In this document: positions 25,901 through 39,093 of the stretch, piece by piece
How positions within the stretch are numbered: position 1 is the first letter of the stretch
Layout of the letters: each line of letters starts with the position of its first letter
Position numbers and translations under genes: made by a program
The notes under the pieces: generated by a model
What the model saw: only the letters and a program-made list of their open reading frames with translations
What the model was told of the DNA's origin: nothing
The model's database searches: none
Assembly: GCA_002189035.1 (NCBI GenBank)
Contig: NEEC01000004.1
Location: 62,001 to 126,000 of the forward strand
Origin: Utricularia gibba
Lineage: Eukaryota; Plantae; Magnoliophyta
DNA: 64,000 bases
Direction of reading: 5' to 3'

Positions 25901-27408
25901 ATTTAGTACAAATTAATGCTCAGGGATTAACTTGAGATGCAACAGAAAAAGGTTGCATATAGTCCACGATTAAAAAATATTTAAATTTCATTGGACATGA
26001 CTAGTATAGGACTTCTACCGACAGGAAGGTAAAAAGAACTACAACGCTATGGTTCGTGATTAATTAGTTTCACAATGTAGTGCTCTCTATCACACAGATG
26101 GTGAATGAAAAGTAATAAACAGCTTAAAGATTGAGTAAATTGAAGTTACCAACCCATCTGAGTTCCATATGCGCAAAATCCCACGTTCTCCAACAGTAAT
26201 AAATTGGCAAGATGATGAATTCAGACTCTCCCTTTGCTCATGAAGGTATGTGGACAATGAAACCGCGAATGGTGATGAAGAATTGAATGTACAGACAGAT
26301 TCAAGTGCTTCATATGCCGGCACAGTAATTTTGCAGCTGTAATCTTCAAGGGTCCATATGTTTATAACCTGGAATGCCAGATAAGATCAGCATAACAATC
26401 CCCACCTCATTTAGGAACTAGAAGAAACATATATGCTGGACATCAACTAAAGCAAAAAAACATTCTTTGCTTTAACTAATAAAATCAAGAGGCTTTATAG
26501 CAATTAAAATATTGGAAAACTACAAAGAACAATCAACTTCGCCGTAGGTAGCTACCTTATCTCTTCCAGCACTAATCAGGATCGACCCATCTTCAGATAC
26601 AGCGATAGAGGCAATTGTTGAGTGATGTTTTTCTAAAGTCTTAACGCACTTCTTCTTTGAAAGATCCCAAACTTTAATGCTAGAGTCATCACCAGCGGAG
26701 AAAAGCTACGAGGATAATAGTATATTAGTAACTAAAACCTTAAACCTGCAGTGGATAAAAAAACTATAGTAATAAGCTTAAACCAGAATTTGATGCTCAG
26801 GGAATACGACTCACAATCAACCGTTGAGGATGAAACGTAATGCATGTCACGACCCCTTTATGTCCCTTGAAGTAATGAGTGCAAAAGCCTCCATCCACAT
26901 CCCAAACTTGGACTTTCTTATCAGCTCCTGCTGTCGCCAGCAACCCTCCTGATGCGTGGCAAGCCATTCTCATAATCGGACCTTCGTGCCCCTATTTGGC
27001 GATCCATGAAACAGGATGTGGATAAAAATAACAGCCGGATACGGATGGATAACCTTAAAACGATGAGTTGTAGAACCAAACCGCAGCCTAAAACGCAAAA
27101 TTACATACACAAACCTTCCATGACCGTAGGCACTTGAGGGAAGAGAGCTCCCAGACTCTAATTTGGCGAGAGTGACCAGCACTAAACAGGAAATTATCGT
27201 CAGGGCTGAGAATAAGTGCCGTGACGGGCTCAGAATCACCTTCAATTATGGATTTAATAGAAGCATTGGATGAATCAACTATTTTCACAGTTTCATCACA
27301 AGCGCAGACAAAGAAGGTTCCGTCCGAAGAGACGGCGAAGGGGCCACCGGAGTAAAACTGCTGCAGAGATTGGAAGCAGCGGAAGTTCTTCTTCAGCGTT
27401 ACCGCCAT
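22997..27408 (-). CDS. TOZ: WD40 U3 snoRNP protein TBL3/UTP13 (TORMOZ)
   Basis: 14 in-phase exons starting MAVTLKKNFRCFQSLQQFYSGGP. Repeated GH...WD WD40 units; C-terminal Utp13 domain (WNTKPKLCHVAQ, LIPYSERHFSRIDRL). Confidence 0.94.
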
Positions 27409-27585
27409 TGAATCACGGAGAAATTCCAACGCAGGGTTTTAGGTTTTAGCCTTGTACCCTAGCGATTCGAATGTTGGGCTTCCGGATTACGTCAGGCCCA
27501 ATGTGTTATTATTTATATGAACTGCCACTGAATGCGGGATTATGTTTTCTAACTTTATTCCGCCTGCGAGAACTGCTCAGAGCTC
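27409..27585. promoter_or_regulatory. Compact bidirectional promoter shared by TOZ and ITPK1
   Basis: 177 bp between the divergent ATGs. Contains telo-like AGGGTTT 27433-27439, site II TGGGCT 27475-27480 and GGCCCA 27495-27500, and TTACGTCA 27487-27494. Confidence 0.7.
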
Positions 27586-28523
27586 ATGGCAGAGAAGCCG
27601 GCGAGAATCCTCATCGGCTACGCTCTTTCCTCCAAGAAAGTCGACAGTTTCATTCGACCATCGCTTCTAAAACACGCCGCTGAACGAGGAATCGATCTCA
27701 TCCCTGTAGAGCTCTCGAAGCCCTTGATCGATCAAGGCCCTTTTCATTGCATCATTCACAAAGTATCAACCCCGGAATGGATCGACCAGCTCCGGAATCT
27801 AGTCTCCCAACAATCAAACGTCGTCATTATCGATGACCCCGCTGCGACTCAGCGTCTCCACAATCGGGTGACGATGCTTGAAGTGGTAAACCAACTCGTT
27901 GTTCAGTTGTCTATTCCGAAGCAGGTGTTTGTGAAAAGTCCTGACTCGGCGCTGGAACATGTGATTAATGAAGGAATTGGTTTCCCACTTATCGCTAAGC
28001 CCTTGTTTCAGATGGGAGCGTTGGTTCTCATCAGATGGCTCTCGTTTTCGACGAACAGGGATTGAAATCCCTTAATTTGGATCCCCCTTTTGTTCTACAG
28101 GAATTTGTTAACCACGGTGGAGTCATTTTCAAAGTCTATGTTGCGGGTCGCTATGTTCAATGTGTCAAGAGGATATCCTTGCCGGACATTCCAAATGGTG
28201 GTTTAGCTGCGTCCGAAAATTCTTTATCATTTTCTCAGATATCAAATGCTGCTGCCCATGATCACAATGATGACAGCATCAAAAAGCTGGTTGAGACTGT
28301 GGAAATGCCTGAACCAATTTTTGTGAATGAAGTGGCTTCTCAACTCAGGAAAGCTTTGAATTTGAATCTCTTCAACTTCGACATGATAAGAGATAGCAGA
28401 TGCCTAGACAGATATCTTGTGATTGATATAAACTACTTCCCGGGTTATGCAAAAATGCCTGATTTCGAAAGAATCCTGACTGATTTTTTCTTAGATGTTG
28501 TTTCATTCCCAGAATCCTGCTGA
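27586..28523 (+). CDS. ITPK1: Inositol 1,3,4-trisphosphate 5/6-kinase (ITPK1); one-base frameshift at about 28006-28010
   Basis: Intronless. Motifs [33 protein letters not shown] (split across two frames), [29 protein letters not shown]. Confidence 0.9.
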
Positions 28524-29727
28524 GCTTTGTTTCTGGGAACTGCGATATGTCGTTGAAGTCATTTGGGGGGTTCTTGCTGTAAGTCTGACTGATATTTAGT
28601 AGAAAAAGTTGTTTTCAAGGTCATTTTCTTCTGTCAGTGCATTGCCAAGTACAACAGCAGATAGACTAAGAACTCGGCCTGACAATTCATCTCACAAATG
28701 TGTTGTTTGACCATGAGGCATTGCGAAGGCACCAGGTAACGTCGTATACTTCCTCCAGTCATCAATCACTATGTGGAGTCCCAGAAATTTGAGTTCCAGC
28801 CCCGCAGAACAAGCCGCATGGATACCCAAATCTTGATCAAGGTTGGTACTCGGTACACAGAAACCAGTAATGTAGATGGTTTGAAGAATCACACCATCAG
28901 CTTGCACGTAAGTGGGCGTGTTGTGTTTCACGTTCGGTTTTCCGGTACTTGTGGGAGAAGCCTTGATCCCCTGCATGACGGCGCCCCCAGATGACGAAGA
29001 GGAAGGCAGAGAGTATTTCACTAAGTGAAGAAACGCCAGCTCCATTTACATAATTAATATGCCCAGAAAAATAATATTTTTCACATAATTTAAATAATTA
29101 ATATGTTTAAAACAATTAGGGTTCAATTTCAGAAGAGGAATAAGGATGTCAATGATTATTTGGACTATAATTGGGCTAACATCATGTTTTGTTAAGCCCA
29201 TTATGTTAAGTGGGTTGCCCATCAGCTATAAATATGTCACGAAACCCTCAAATTGGAGGAAATACGTTGCGTTCTCCTTCTTTCACCTTCCTCTCTCCAA
29301 TCCTCGTCGCAGGTACACCCCTGGTCAGCTGGTCTTCTAATCAAATTTGCCGCCTATCTAGTGCAGTCTGCTACACCTCTATTTTCCAGCGCCTGCGGGA
29401 CTGCAGTTAGGTCAAAAGCTACACTTCGATTTCGAAATTGTTGTTTGTCTGCTACGGAAAAGCATTTTTTGCAGCTGTTTGATCATCGGGCTTTTCTTAT
29501 CAGTTCGCAATCTTGTGATGTGATATTCCCTCTATATGGTGCTTTAACTCATATCTACTCTATTCGATGTTTTTAAAGGGTTCGGCTGATGTGGGTGCAG
29601 CAAGTTGTTTTTTTTAATCATTGTATTCTTGGTTTGGATCAAGTATAAGTATCTGAAATCTTCATCCGTTTGAAGAGCTTATTCGTGTGCGTGATGTTCG
29701 TTCTTTCAGGAAACTACGGGTTTGAAA

Positions 29728-32207
29728 ATGGTGACGAATGAAGTGTTGATGGTGAAGGATGCTGTTCATAAGCTTCAGTTGTCGCTTCTTGATGGAATTA
29801 CGAAAGCTGATCAGTTGGTTGCTGCCGGTTCGTTGTTATCAAAGAGTGACTACCAAGATGTTGTGACTGAGAGGTCAATAGCCATGTTGTGTGGTTACCC
29901 TCTCTGCAGCAATTCTTTAACATCTGAAAGACCTTGGAAAGGACGTTATCGCATCTCATTGAAGGAGCATAAAGTTTATGATGTTCAAGAAACCTTTATG
30001 TACTGTTCTACTGGTTGCTTGATAAGCAGTCAAACATTTTCAGCCAGCCTGCCAGAAGAGAGATCCTCGAATCTTGATTCCTCAAAACTTAATAAAGTTC
30101 TGGAGCAATTTGAGAGTCCTAGTATGAACTCAGCTGTCAACATGTGTAAGAAGGGATTTTCAAAGTTGAAGATTATGGAGAAAACAAATATAGAGGCTGG
30201 AGAAGTTTCTCTAGACGAGTGGATTGGGCCCTCAAATGCAATCGATGGATATGTCCCACGGACAGACCAAAATATGAAAGCACGATTAAATAAGCCTAAA
30301 AAGGGTGAGAAGATATAGAATGCAGCTGTTTAACATCTTCATTTTGTTTGTTTTTTGATGTATATCAGTTATTTTTTTAAAGACAAAAAATGACATTTCA
30401 CATCTCATCTTCCGCTGATCAATGTTTTTTTACCGTTCATACTCCAGAAAATACACGTGCTGATGCTCAGCTGGATTTTTCTAGCTTTTTATCCAGTGAT
30501 GTGAGTTTTACAAGTGTTCTTATTGATAAGGATGAGTATAGTATTTCGAAGACCATGATGCACCCTTTGAAGCCTGGAAAATCAAAGGAAGCATCGAATG
30601 CTGAAGAGATTCATCAGAATAATCATGTGCAAAAATTGGGTTCTTCAGATGCAAATGTTAAGAAAACAAGAGAAAGAAAGCCTGCTGCACTCAAGAATAC
30701 TGCGATGGCTGGAAAATCATGCTTAGTAGAAGATACAAATGATTCCTTGGATAATGGTGTTTCTGGAAAAAGTGAAAACCTAAACCTCAGTCTAGGGTCT
30801 TCATCCGGCACTGCTGTGCTAAAGTCCTCTTTGAGGACTTCACGGTCAAAGAAAGCAGTTCGAAATGTTTCTTGGTCCGATCAGAAAAATGATGATAGCC
30901 AATCTCTTTGCAAATTCAGTGAAATAAAAGATCTTCAGGTTGGGGTGGCATCAATTTCATCAAGAGCGGGAAAAAAGGAACAAAGTGTTGCGCATTCTGA
31001 ATCATGTGCCGTAAGGAAAGCTAATGAAGATGTTGCCCATGGAGGATCTGTTGCATCTGAGGCTGGTTGGAATATTTTCAGGGCTTGAACCATTTCTTAG
31101 CGGCAAACCACTATTATGCATGTTATTTACTTGTTTTTTTTTTCCTTCCAGTTTCCAAAGCTGAAGTAAATACGTCATCTCCCCTTGGTGTCAGTAGAGG
31201 TAAGAATGTAGAAAATGGTGATGGCATATCCAATGAAGCGGTACTGAAGTGGCCTCCCAAAAAAGTTTTCTCAACTGCTGAATTGTTGGACTCTGATGAT
31301 TCCTGGTATGAAAGTCCACCTGATGGCTTTAACTTATCTGTGAGTTCTGAAACTGTGTACTTGAATTTTACTATTACCACCCCTAGTTACTTAGATTTAA
31401 TGATTTTATTTTGTTTCAGCTATCCCCTTTTTGCAGTATGTTCAACTCTTTTTTTGCATGGATATCGTCATCCTCCATAGCATATATTTATGGCAAGGAA
31501 GAGAGTTTTCATGAGGAATACACTACTGTCAATGGGAGGGAATATCCATGCAAAGTCGTTACAAAAGATGGTCGTTCCTCCGAAATTAAGCAAACACTAG
31601 CTGGGTACCTTGCTAGAGCTTTGCCAGGAGTTGTTACTGAGCTCGGAATTCCTGTACCGATATCAATCCTGGAGCATGGAATGGTATGCCTTTTTGGTCT
31701 TGTATTATATCCCTATTGTTAGGCTGAAGAGCCTCCCTGAATTTAAGCAAGTATCCTCTGTAGTTTTACTGCATCAACTGATTGAAGCTTGCCTATATTC
31801 ACATCTGTCATTTTTTTTTTTGTTTGCCAAGTAAACAGAATCATTTACCCCCCATCATTTGAATCCTAGGCTCGGTTGCTTGATACAATGTCGTTTGTTG
31901 ATCCGCTGCCTTCCTTGAAGATGAAGCAGTGGCAAGTTGTTGCTCTTTTGCTTGTGAATGCTCTTTCAGTCAGTAGGAACCCTGCACTAAAGGCCCATTT
32001 GACGGGAAGAAGAGATGCGGTTCTAAAGGTGAAAAGCAGTGAACTTTCTGAGATCCTCTTTGTATAGTAATTCTCGCATGTTTATGGATTTGATGAAGAA
32101 CCCAACAGGTTCTGGAGGGTGCACACATCAGTCCCCAAGAGTTCGAGATCATCAAGGAGCTGATGATTCCCCTCAGTCCCTCCGATGACAAAGCTTCAAC
32201 GGTTTAA
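29728..32207 (+). CDS. RPAP2: RNA polymerase II CTD phosphatase / import factor RPAP2 (Rtr1, RIMA) homolog
   Basis: Six in-phase coding exons. Rtr1 zinc motif DVVTERSIAMLCGYPLCSNSL, KVYDVQETFMYCS, WIGPSNAIDGYVP. Stop at 32205-32207. A 5'-UTR intron ends at 29709. Confidence 0.92.
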
Positions 32208-32542
32208 GCAAATCCCCATGTGTATGTATGTGTGCACATTAGCTATTCATTTGTTGAACATCATAGGTGAAGAGAAAGCAGGACCTTTTAAACGACACAA
32301 AATACCAGTGGCTTTGTTTATAAATTCCAACAATCCAACAAGATGTGGCTGAGCTCATCGCCAGCCAATAAACTGCAAGGCCTGGTCAGCCTGAAGGGGC
32401 AATGAACCAAGCACCTATGATATGTAGGATGGCTCCGTAGCATTGATATGACTAGTCACTAATCTGTTTATAGTCGTATTTTGCCGTGTCTTCCATGAAA
32501 ACTACTTTGACTGTGAGTTCCCTTCCTTCACTGGTTTAGAGG

Positions 32543-34030
<1,488 letters not shown>

Positions 34031-34141
34031 CAACCAATCGCAAGCGGCTCCGGTTTCGAGCATGTGTTCCGATCATGGGCTTCAGTCACCTGGGTATGTA
34101 TTAATAAGCCTTTTGGGCCTGCCCAAAATCAATAAGCCCAA

Positions 34142-34158
34142 CTCTCTCTCTCTCTCTC
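34142..34158. repeat. (CT)n microsatellite
   Basis: ctctctctctctctct read directly from the sequence. Confidence 0.85.
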
Positions 34159-34403
34159 TACGTTTGATTGGTTGATACATGATGAGATGCAATGATTGGG
34201 TGTTGTCCCAACGACGTGACTCAGTAGTCTGTACTTGAGCATCTCTGTGGTAGGCGAAGCATCGACAAGGTTATATTATTACTATTTATAATTTGGGTGG
34301 GCGGAGAGGAGGAATTTATAGTCCAATAATTAATAGACGATGCCCTGCTCGCATTTAAAAGAGAAAGAAGCAGAGACAATAGAGTTTTTATCCCTCATTC
34401 TCA

Positions 34404-34421
34404 CCCCCCCCCCCCCCCCCC
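34404..34421. repeat. C18 homopolymer
   Basis: 18 consecutive C residues. Confidence 0.9.
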
Positions 34422-35870
34422 AACTTGGTGGGCCAGCCATCACATATAAATTATAAAATATTATTATTAATTCGATATCATTAAAAAAAAAAATCAATAA
34501 CATTGGTGTTCAGAAATCCTGGTTGTCCCATAATAGTATATGCTACCACTTTTGAGAAATGAAACCCTAAGATTAATCGTTTGGAGCAACGATTAATCAA
34601 GTCTAACTACAAACTACGTCACTAATGAAATAATAAGAAGACAAGTTTGTGATAAGGGAGTTGGGATGATATTAGAATCTTTTTTGGGGGTGAATAATAT
34701 ATACATCATTTTTAATCATTATTTTTACTCACACTCAACAATAGTCTAATGTTTATTGCATTATTACCAATAAAAAATTTTATAATTTACAGTTGATATT
34801 AAAGTTTTTACGATTTATATTCATGAAAAAAGAATATACCCTCCAAACGGCGGCAAGTTTGGAGTTGATAGGTTGGGTTGGTAGGAGATAAGGGAGAGGA
34901 GGCGGAGGAGGAGGCGGAGCCCACCCGCACCGGAGTTACGCAGCAGCGAGCCCTACGCTGTGCGCTACTCCCGAGCTATTTACTTGCCGGTCCTACGCCA
35001 CACCAACCCACACTGTTCTGCTATCCACATTGATGAAGGCCCCCGGAAGGCACAGCAGACGGCCACGTAGCCCGCGACCGCAGAAGTAACCCTAATACGT
35101 GCACGGCGGCACTGTCTCAGCCCTCCCTCCCCACGTTCGAGTCTAGTGGCTAATGGGCATTGGAGCGTTGGAGCGCATTAGGCGTTGTAATGGCGCAAGT
35201 AGGCTGCTGCAGAGTAGACCTCGTAGCAAGGGCCTACAGAAACACAGCAACACAACGCACGATTGTTGTTGGTTCCCTGCAGTTACTTGAAACCTGGGAT
35301 CAGAACCCGGGCCTCAAAAAAGAAAAAGTTACAGGGAACTGATCGAACCGGCACTAGAACAGCAGAACGATAGGCGGCCGTGCTGGTGCTTGAAGGTTCA
35401 AGGAGGGGGGTTCAGGGAGGAACCCCGAGTCTTCAATGCAACTACCCCTTCTCAGTAATATTTAAATGCAGTTACTGCAACACAGTAAATAAATCGATAA
35501 AAAGATCGAGTCTTTTCTCTTTTTTTTTTGTGAGGAGTAACTGTTCTGATCTTACCCGCGTGGTTTGATTTGATAACACAGAAGCTGTTTTATTGGTTGT
35601 AGATGTATCAAAGCACGTTTGTTTAGAGACAAATGAAACGGTAAGAACTGAAGGGTGAAGGCGAATACACCCTGAAACCCTCGAGTCGTAATAAATGGAG
35701 TGAGCAGGAGGCATTCAAGGAAAAGTCTCCGTAAGGCCAGCCGGTAGCGCCCTTCGTTGCCTCTCCATTGTCGAATCTTCTCCACTGGTTAAAGGAAAAG
35801 CCCTCGAGTTCTACGCCCATGTCGTGAGGGGGGAAAAAGAGAGAGCGAGAGGGCGGAAGAAACCCAGAAA

Positions 35871-37813
35871 ATGGCGGGAGAAAGCGTAGTGGCCAGCCCC
35901 TTGTCGAGGCTAATGCACACTCCGAACTTCAATCTTTCGGTAGTAACCGTCATGGGCGTCAGCTCCAGAGTCGATATCGAATGGGTCAAGCTCCAAGTCG
36001 CGAATAGCCTCGCCAACCATCCCCGTTTCGCCAGCATTCTCGTAAGTTGTTCTTGGCTGAAGATACTGGTGCTGTTCTGGTGAGCGTCATCTTGTTACTA
36101 TTTTTGTTTCTAGGTGTTCTCCGACAAGAAGCGGTACAAAATGTCATGGAAAGAAGCCAAAGTTAACGTGGACGACCATGTTTTCGGGCACGAATTTGAC
36201 CCGGAAATGGAACCCGAACGGGCGGATAGCTTCCTCGAAGAGTTCACCAAGACTGTAGCGGAGAAGCCCTTCGATCTCTCCAAGCCCTTGTGGGAGATAC
36301 ATATTCTCAACATGAAGACTTCAACCTCCAACTCATCTGCAGTCATAAAAATTCATCATTCTCTGGGAGACGGCGTTTCTCTGATCTCCATCGTTTTGGC
36401 CTGCGGCCGAAAAGTTTCCGACCCGGAAGCGCTGCCGGTTCTTCCGGCAACCAAAAAGCGTACTCGAGCCGAAACGACGACGGATCGGGGATTCATCGGA
36501 AGGATTTTTTGGCTGCTTTGGAGAATGTTTTTGATTATCTACTACACGATGATTGATTCCCTGGAGCTGGCTGCCACGATACTGTTCTACAAGGATTCGG
36601 ACACAATGATTCGAAGGAAAGATAACACTGCGTCGCCCAAGAGATACGTCAGGAGAATTCTCAGCATGGAGGACGTGAAGCTTATCAAGAATGCAATGGG
36701 AACGGTACGTCTCTTCCCTTCTGTAAAAAATTACATCTAAAAAATGAATTCTAATCAAATATGGAAAAAAATATTTGTGTAGACTGTGAACGACGTTATC
36801 TTCGGAGTCACTGAAGCTGCGCTCACTCGCTATCTTCAGAGAAGATATGGTGATTATTTTTGTCACGTTTTCTTATTGTTAAATTCAATTCATTTTTTGG
36901 TATGGTGTACTTTTGTTGTCTTCAGAGAAATTGCATAACATGGAGAATGGCGGAGGAAACGCAACTGATACCAGTTTCCTACCCAAGAGACTTCGTATCA
37001 GGGGAACCATTCCCTTCAACATGAGGCCATCTGCAACAGTTCAGGTCGTTTTCACTGTTCCATTTCATCATTTCTCTGTTATCTTGGGATCGGACTGCGA
37101 TCTGATGAACTCGATCGCCGGTGATTTGGATAGGATGCGTACGAAGTGATGCGGATTGGGAGGAAGTTGGATCCCAAACTATGGGGGAACATGGTTGGGT
37201 TCGTGTTGTTTCCTCTCAGGATCCACGTTGAGGAGGATCCCTTGAGCTACATTCGCAATGCTACGGCTCTGATGAACCGGAAGAAGCTCTCCTACCAATC
37301 CTTGATAGAATACTACTTTGTTAACCTTCTTGTCTACATTTTTGGGACGAAGGTGACACCCACACTCCCTGGATGATTGCATACGGCCTCATTTTATGCT
37401 GAATTTCGAACCTTTTGAGTCATATGCAGATAGCCATGTTCGTTGTCAGCACCTTTCACCGGGCGGTAACCTTTGAGATCTCGAGCGTGATGGGGCCTCG
37501 CGACGAGATCAGCATATTCGGCTACCCCGTCACCTACATCGCTCCCACGGTCGCCGGAGTTCCTATGGTACGGTAACCTTCGGATTCTATACAGTTTTCT
37601 GAGGGCTCTCTAACATTTGCGTTCACCATTGGAACCATCGCTGGACTGTTGAATCAGTCGATGGTGATCCACTTCCAGAGCTATGCGGACAAGTTGATAG
37701 TGTCGCTTGCGCTGGACGAGAAGCTTTTCCCAGATCCTCAGCAGCTCTGCGAGGATTTCCACGGCTCGCTGCAGATGATCAAGCAGGCTGTCCTCGCAAA
37801 ACAAGCACTGTGA
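35871..37813 (+). CDS. Wax ester synthase / diacylglycerol acyltransferase (WSD1-like)
   Basis: Seven in-phase exons. Catalytic HHSLGDG motif, PFDLSKPLWEIH, TVNDVIFG, WGNMVG, SYADKL. Stop at 37811-37813. Confidence 0.93.
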
Positions 37814-38245
37814 GCACATTATTACGCATCCTTCACGCCAATGTAATAAACTGGACAACATTCTGTCTCACTTTTGTGGGTTTTTGGCTAAAACCACTCG
37901 ATTTCTCCACATGTACAAAATCGAAATACTTCAGCACGCCATCAGTACTGACTTTGTACGGCGTAAGTGGACCAGAGCCAGCAGAGTGGTACACATCACT
38001 CACCTTAATACGGAAAAGAAAAGGAATTAATTGATCCGGAAAAGAAAAGGAAAAAAAGGTTTTCTTTTCTTTTTTTTTTCTTTGAATGAATTGAGAGATG
38101 CGTATAAACAGCTCTGCGGTTACGATCGGAAAATCTAAGAATTCATTGGCACCCAATTTCCACAGTGAAACGGCGGCGGCGAGTTGACCTTCACCAGTTT
38201 AACGGAGGAGAGAAGAGAACTGAGAAAAGGATATTGGGAATAGCA

Positions 38246-38998
38246 ATGCTACTGTATCATGTCTGGGTTCTGCGTTGCCGCACAACCAGTCATCGGCGTT
38301 AACGCCCCCGATCGCCGGTTTTGGCTTTGGGTTCACACCGTGTTTAGGATTATGCGAGCGAAAAGCCACATTGAACGCCAACCGGCCGGTTTGTGGTCCT
38401 AATTGTTCACAGTTAACGAATATTTGTCAGCTACAATGCTGATCGTGGGGAAGCCCTGACGCAGTTCACCGGCCTTCATTCAATGGATACACGTTAGAAA
38501 TAGTGGGGACAAGAGCCCAGGTGCTGAAACATAAGATGGCTGGCTAGCAGCGAATTGGCATACGATGCAAGGCTTACCAATGGAGTTGGGAGGCCAAAAA
38601 GAATACACCTCCCAGAATTATGGTAGTCTAGATTCTTGCAAAGCTCCCTTCGCCTTTCTTTGCTTTTGCCAGGACATGTTCAGCTCATATTGCCCTGATG
38701 AAGAGCACCTGGTAAATATGAGTGGCTGGATTGCACACAACTGCAGTTACCTTCCTGTTGGTACCTGAAACTCCGGGAAAGGTATATCCAGGTATTGGGA
38801 ACCTTGAGTAGAATTCTAGCATTCAGCACCTGCTTTTTACCAGCAGCACTTCATTACAGTCATGTGATGTTCTACAGCTTCATTGAGTTGGATATGAATG
38901 TGCACAGAGGCACTCGGGAATCAGAATGGGATGGAGGGAATACCAGGAATTGGAGTGTAGAGACAGTTGCTTATTTTGCTTGTTGTTTGGAAGCCTGA
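38246..38998 (+). other. Candidate unannotated gene or pseudogene with a transit-peptide-like first exon
   Basis: TATAAA at 38103-38108 and a GA-rich leader, then gcaATGCT. Inserting one G gives MATVSCLGSALPHNQSSALTPPIAGFGFG. Several donor and acceptor sites follow. I could not build a stop-free spliced model. Confidence 0.3.
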
Positions 38999-39093
38999 AA
39001 AGCTGGCTTCCCAGTAAACAACAGGGGGTTACTCCTCCCATGAGTAGCAGTTTTTGGGAGATTGAAACAGAATAAGGTGGCATGGTATAGCCA

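Noticed and set aside
35136-35158. tRNA or SINE suggested by a B-box-like GTTCGAGTC and an A-box-like TGGCTAATGG
   Set aside because: The boxes are in the wrong order and no cloverleaf can be folded.
38641-38655. miR159/miR319-like GAAGGGAGCT on the minus strand
   Set aside because: Only 10 nt match and there is no precursor hairpin.
38696-38768. C/D-box snoRNA (TGATGA ... CTGA)
   Set aside because: The C box lacks the preceding purine, there is no terminal stem, and I could not recognise an rRNA antisense element.
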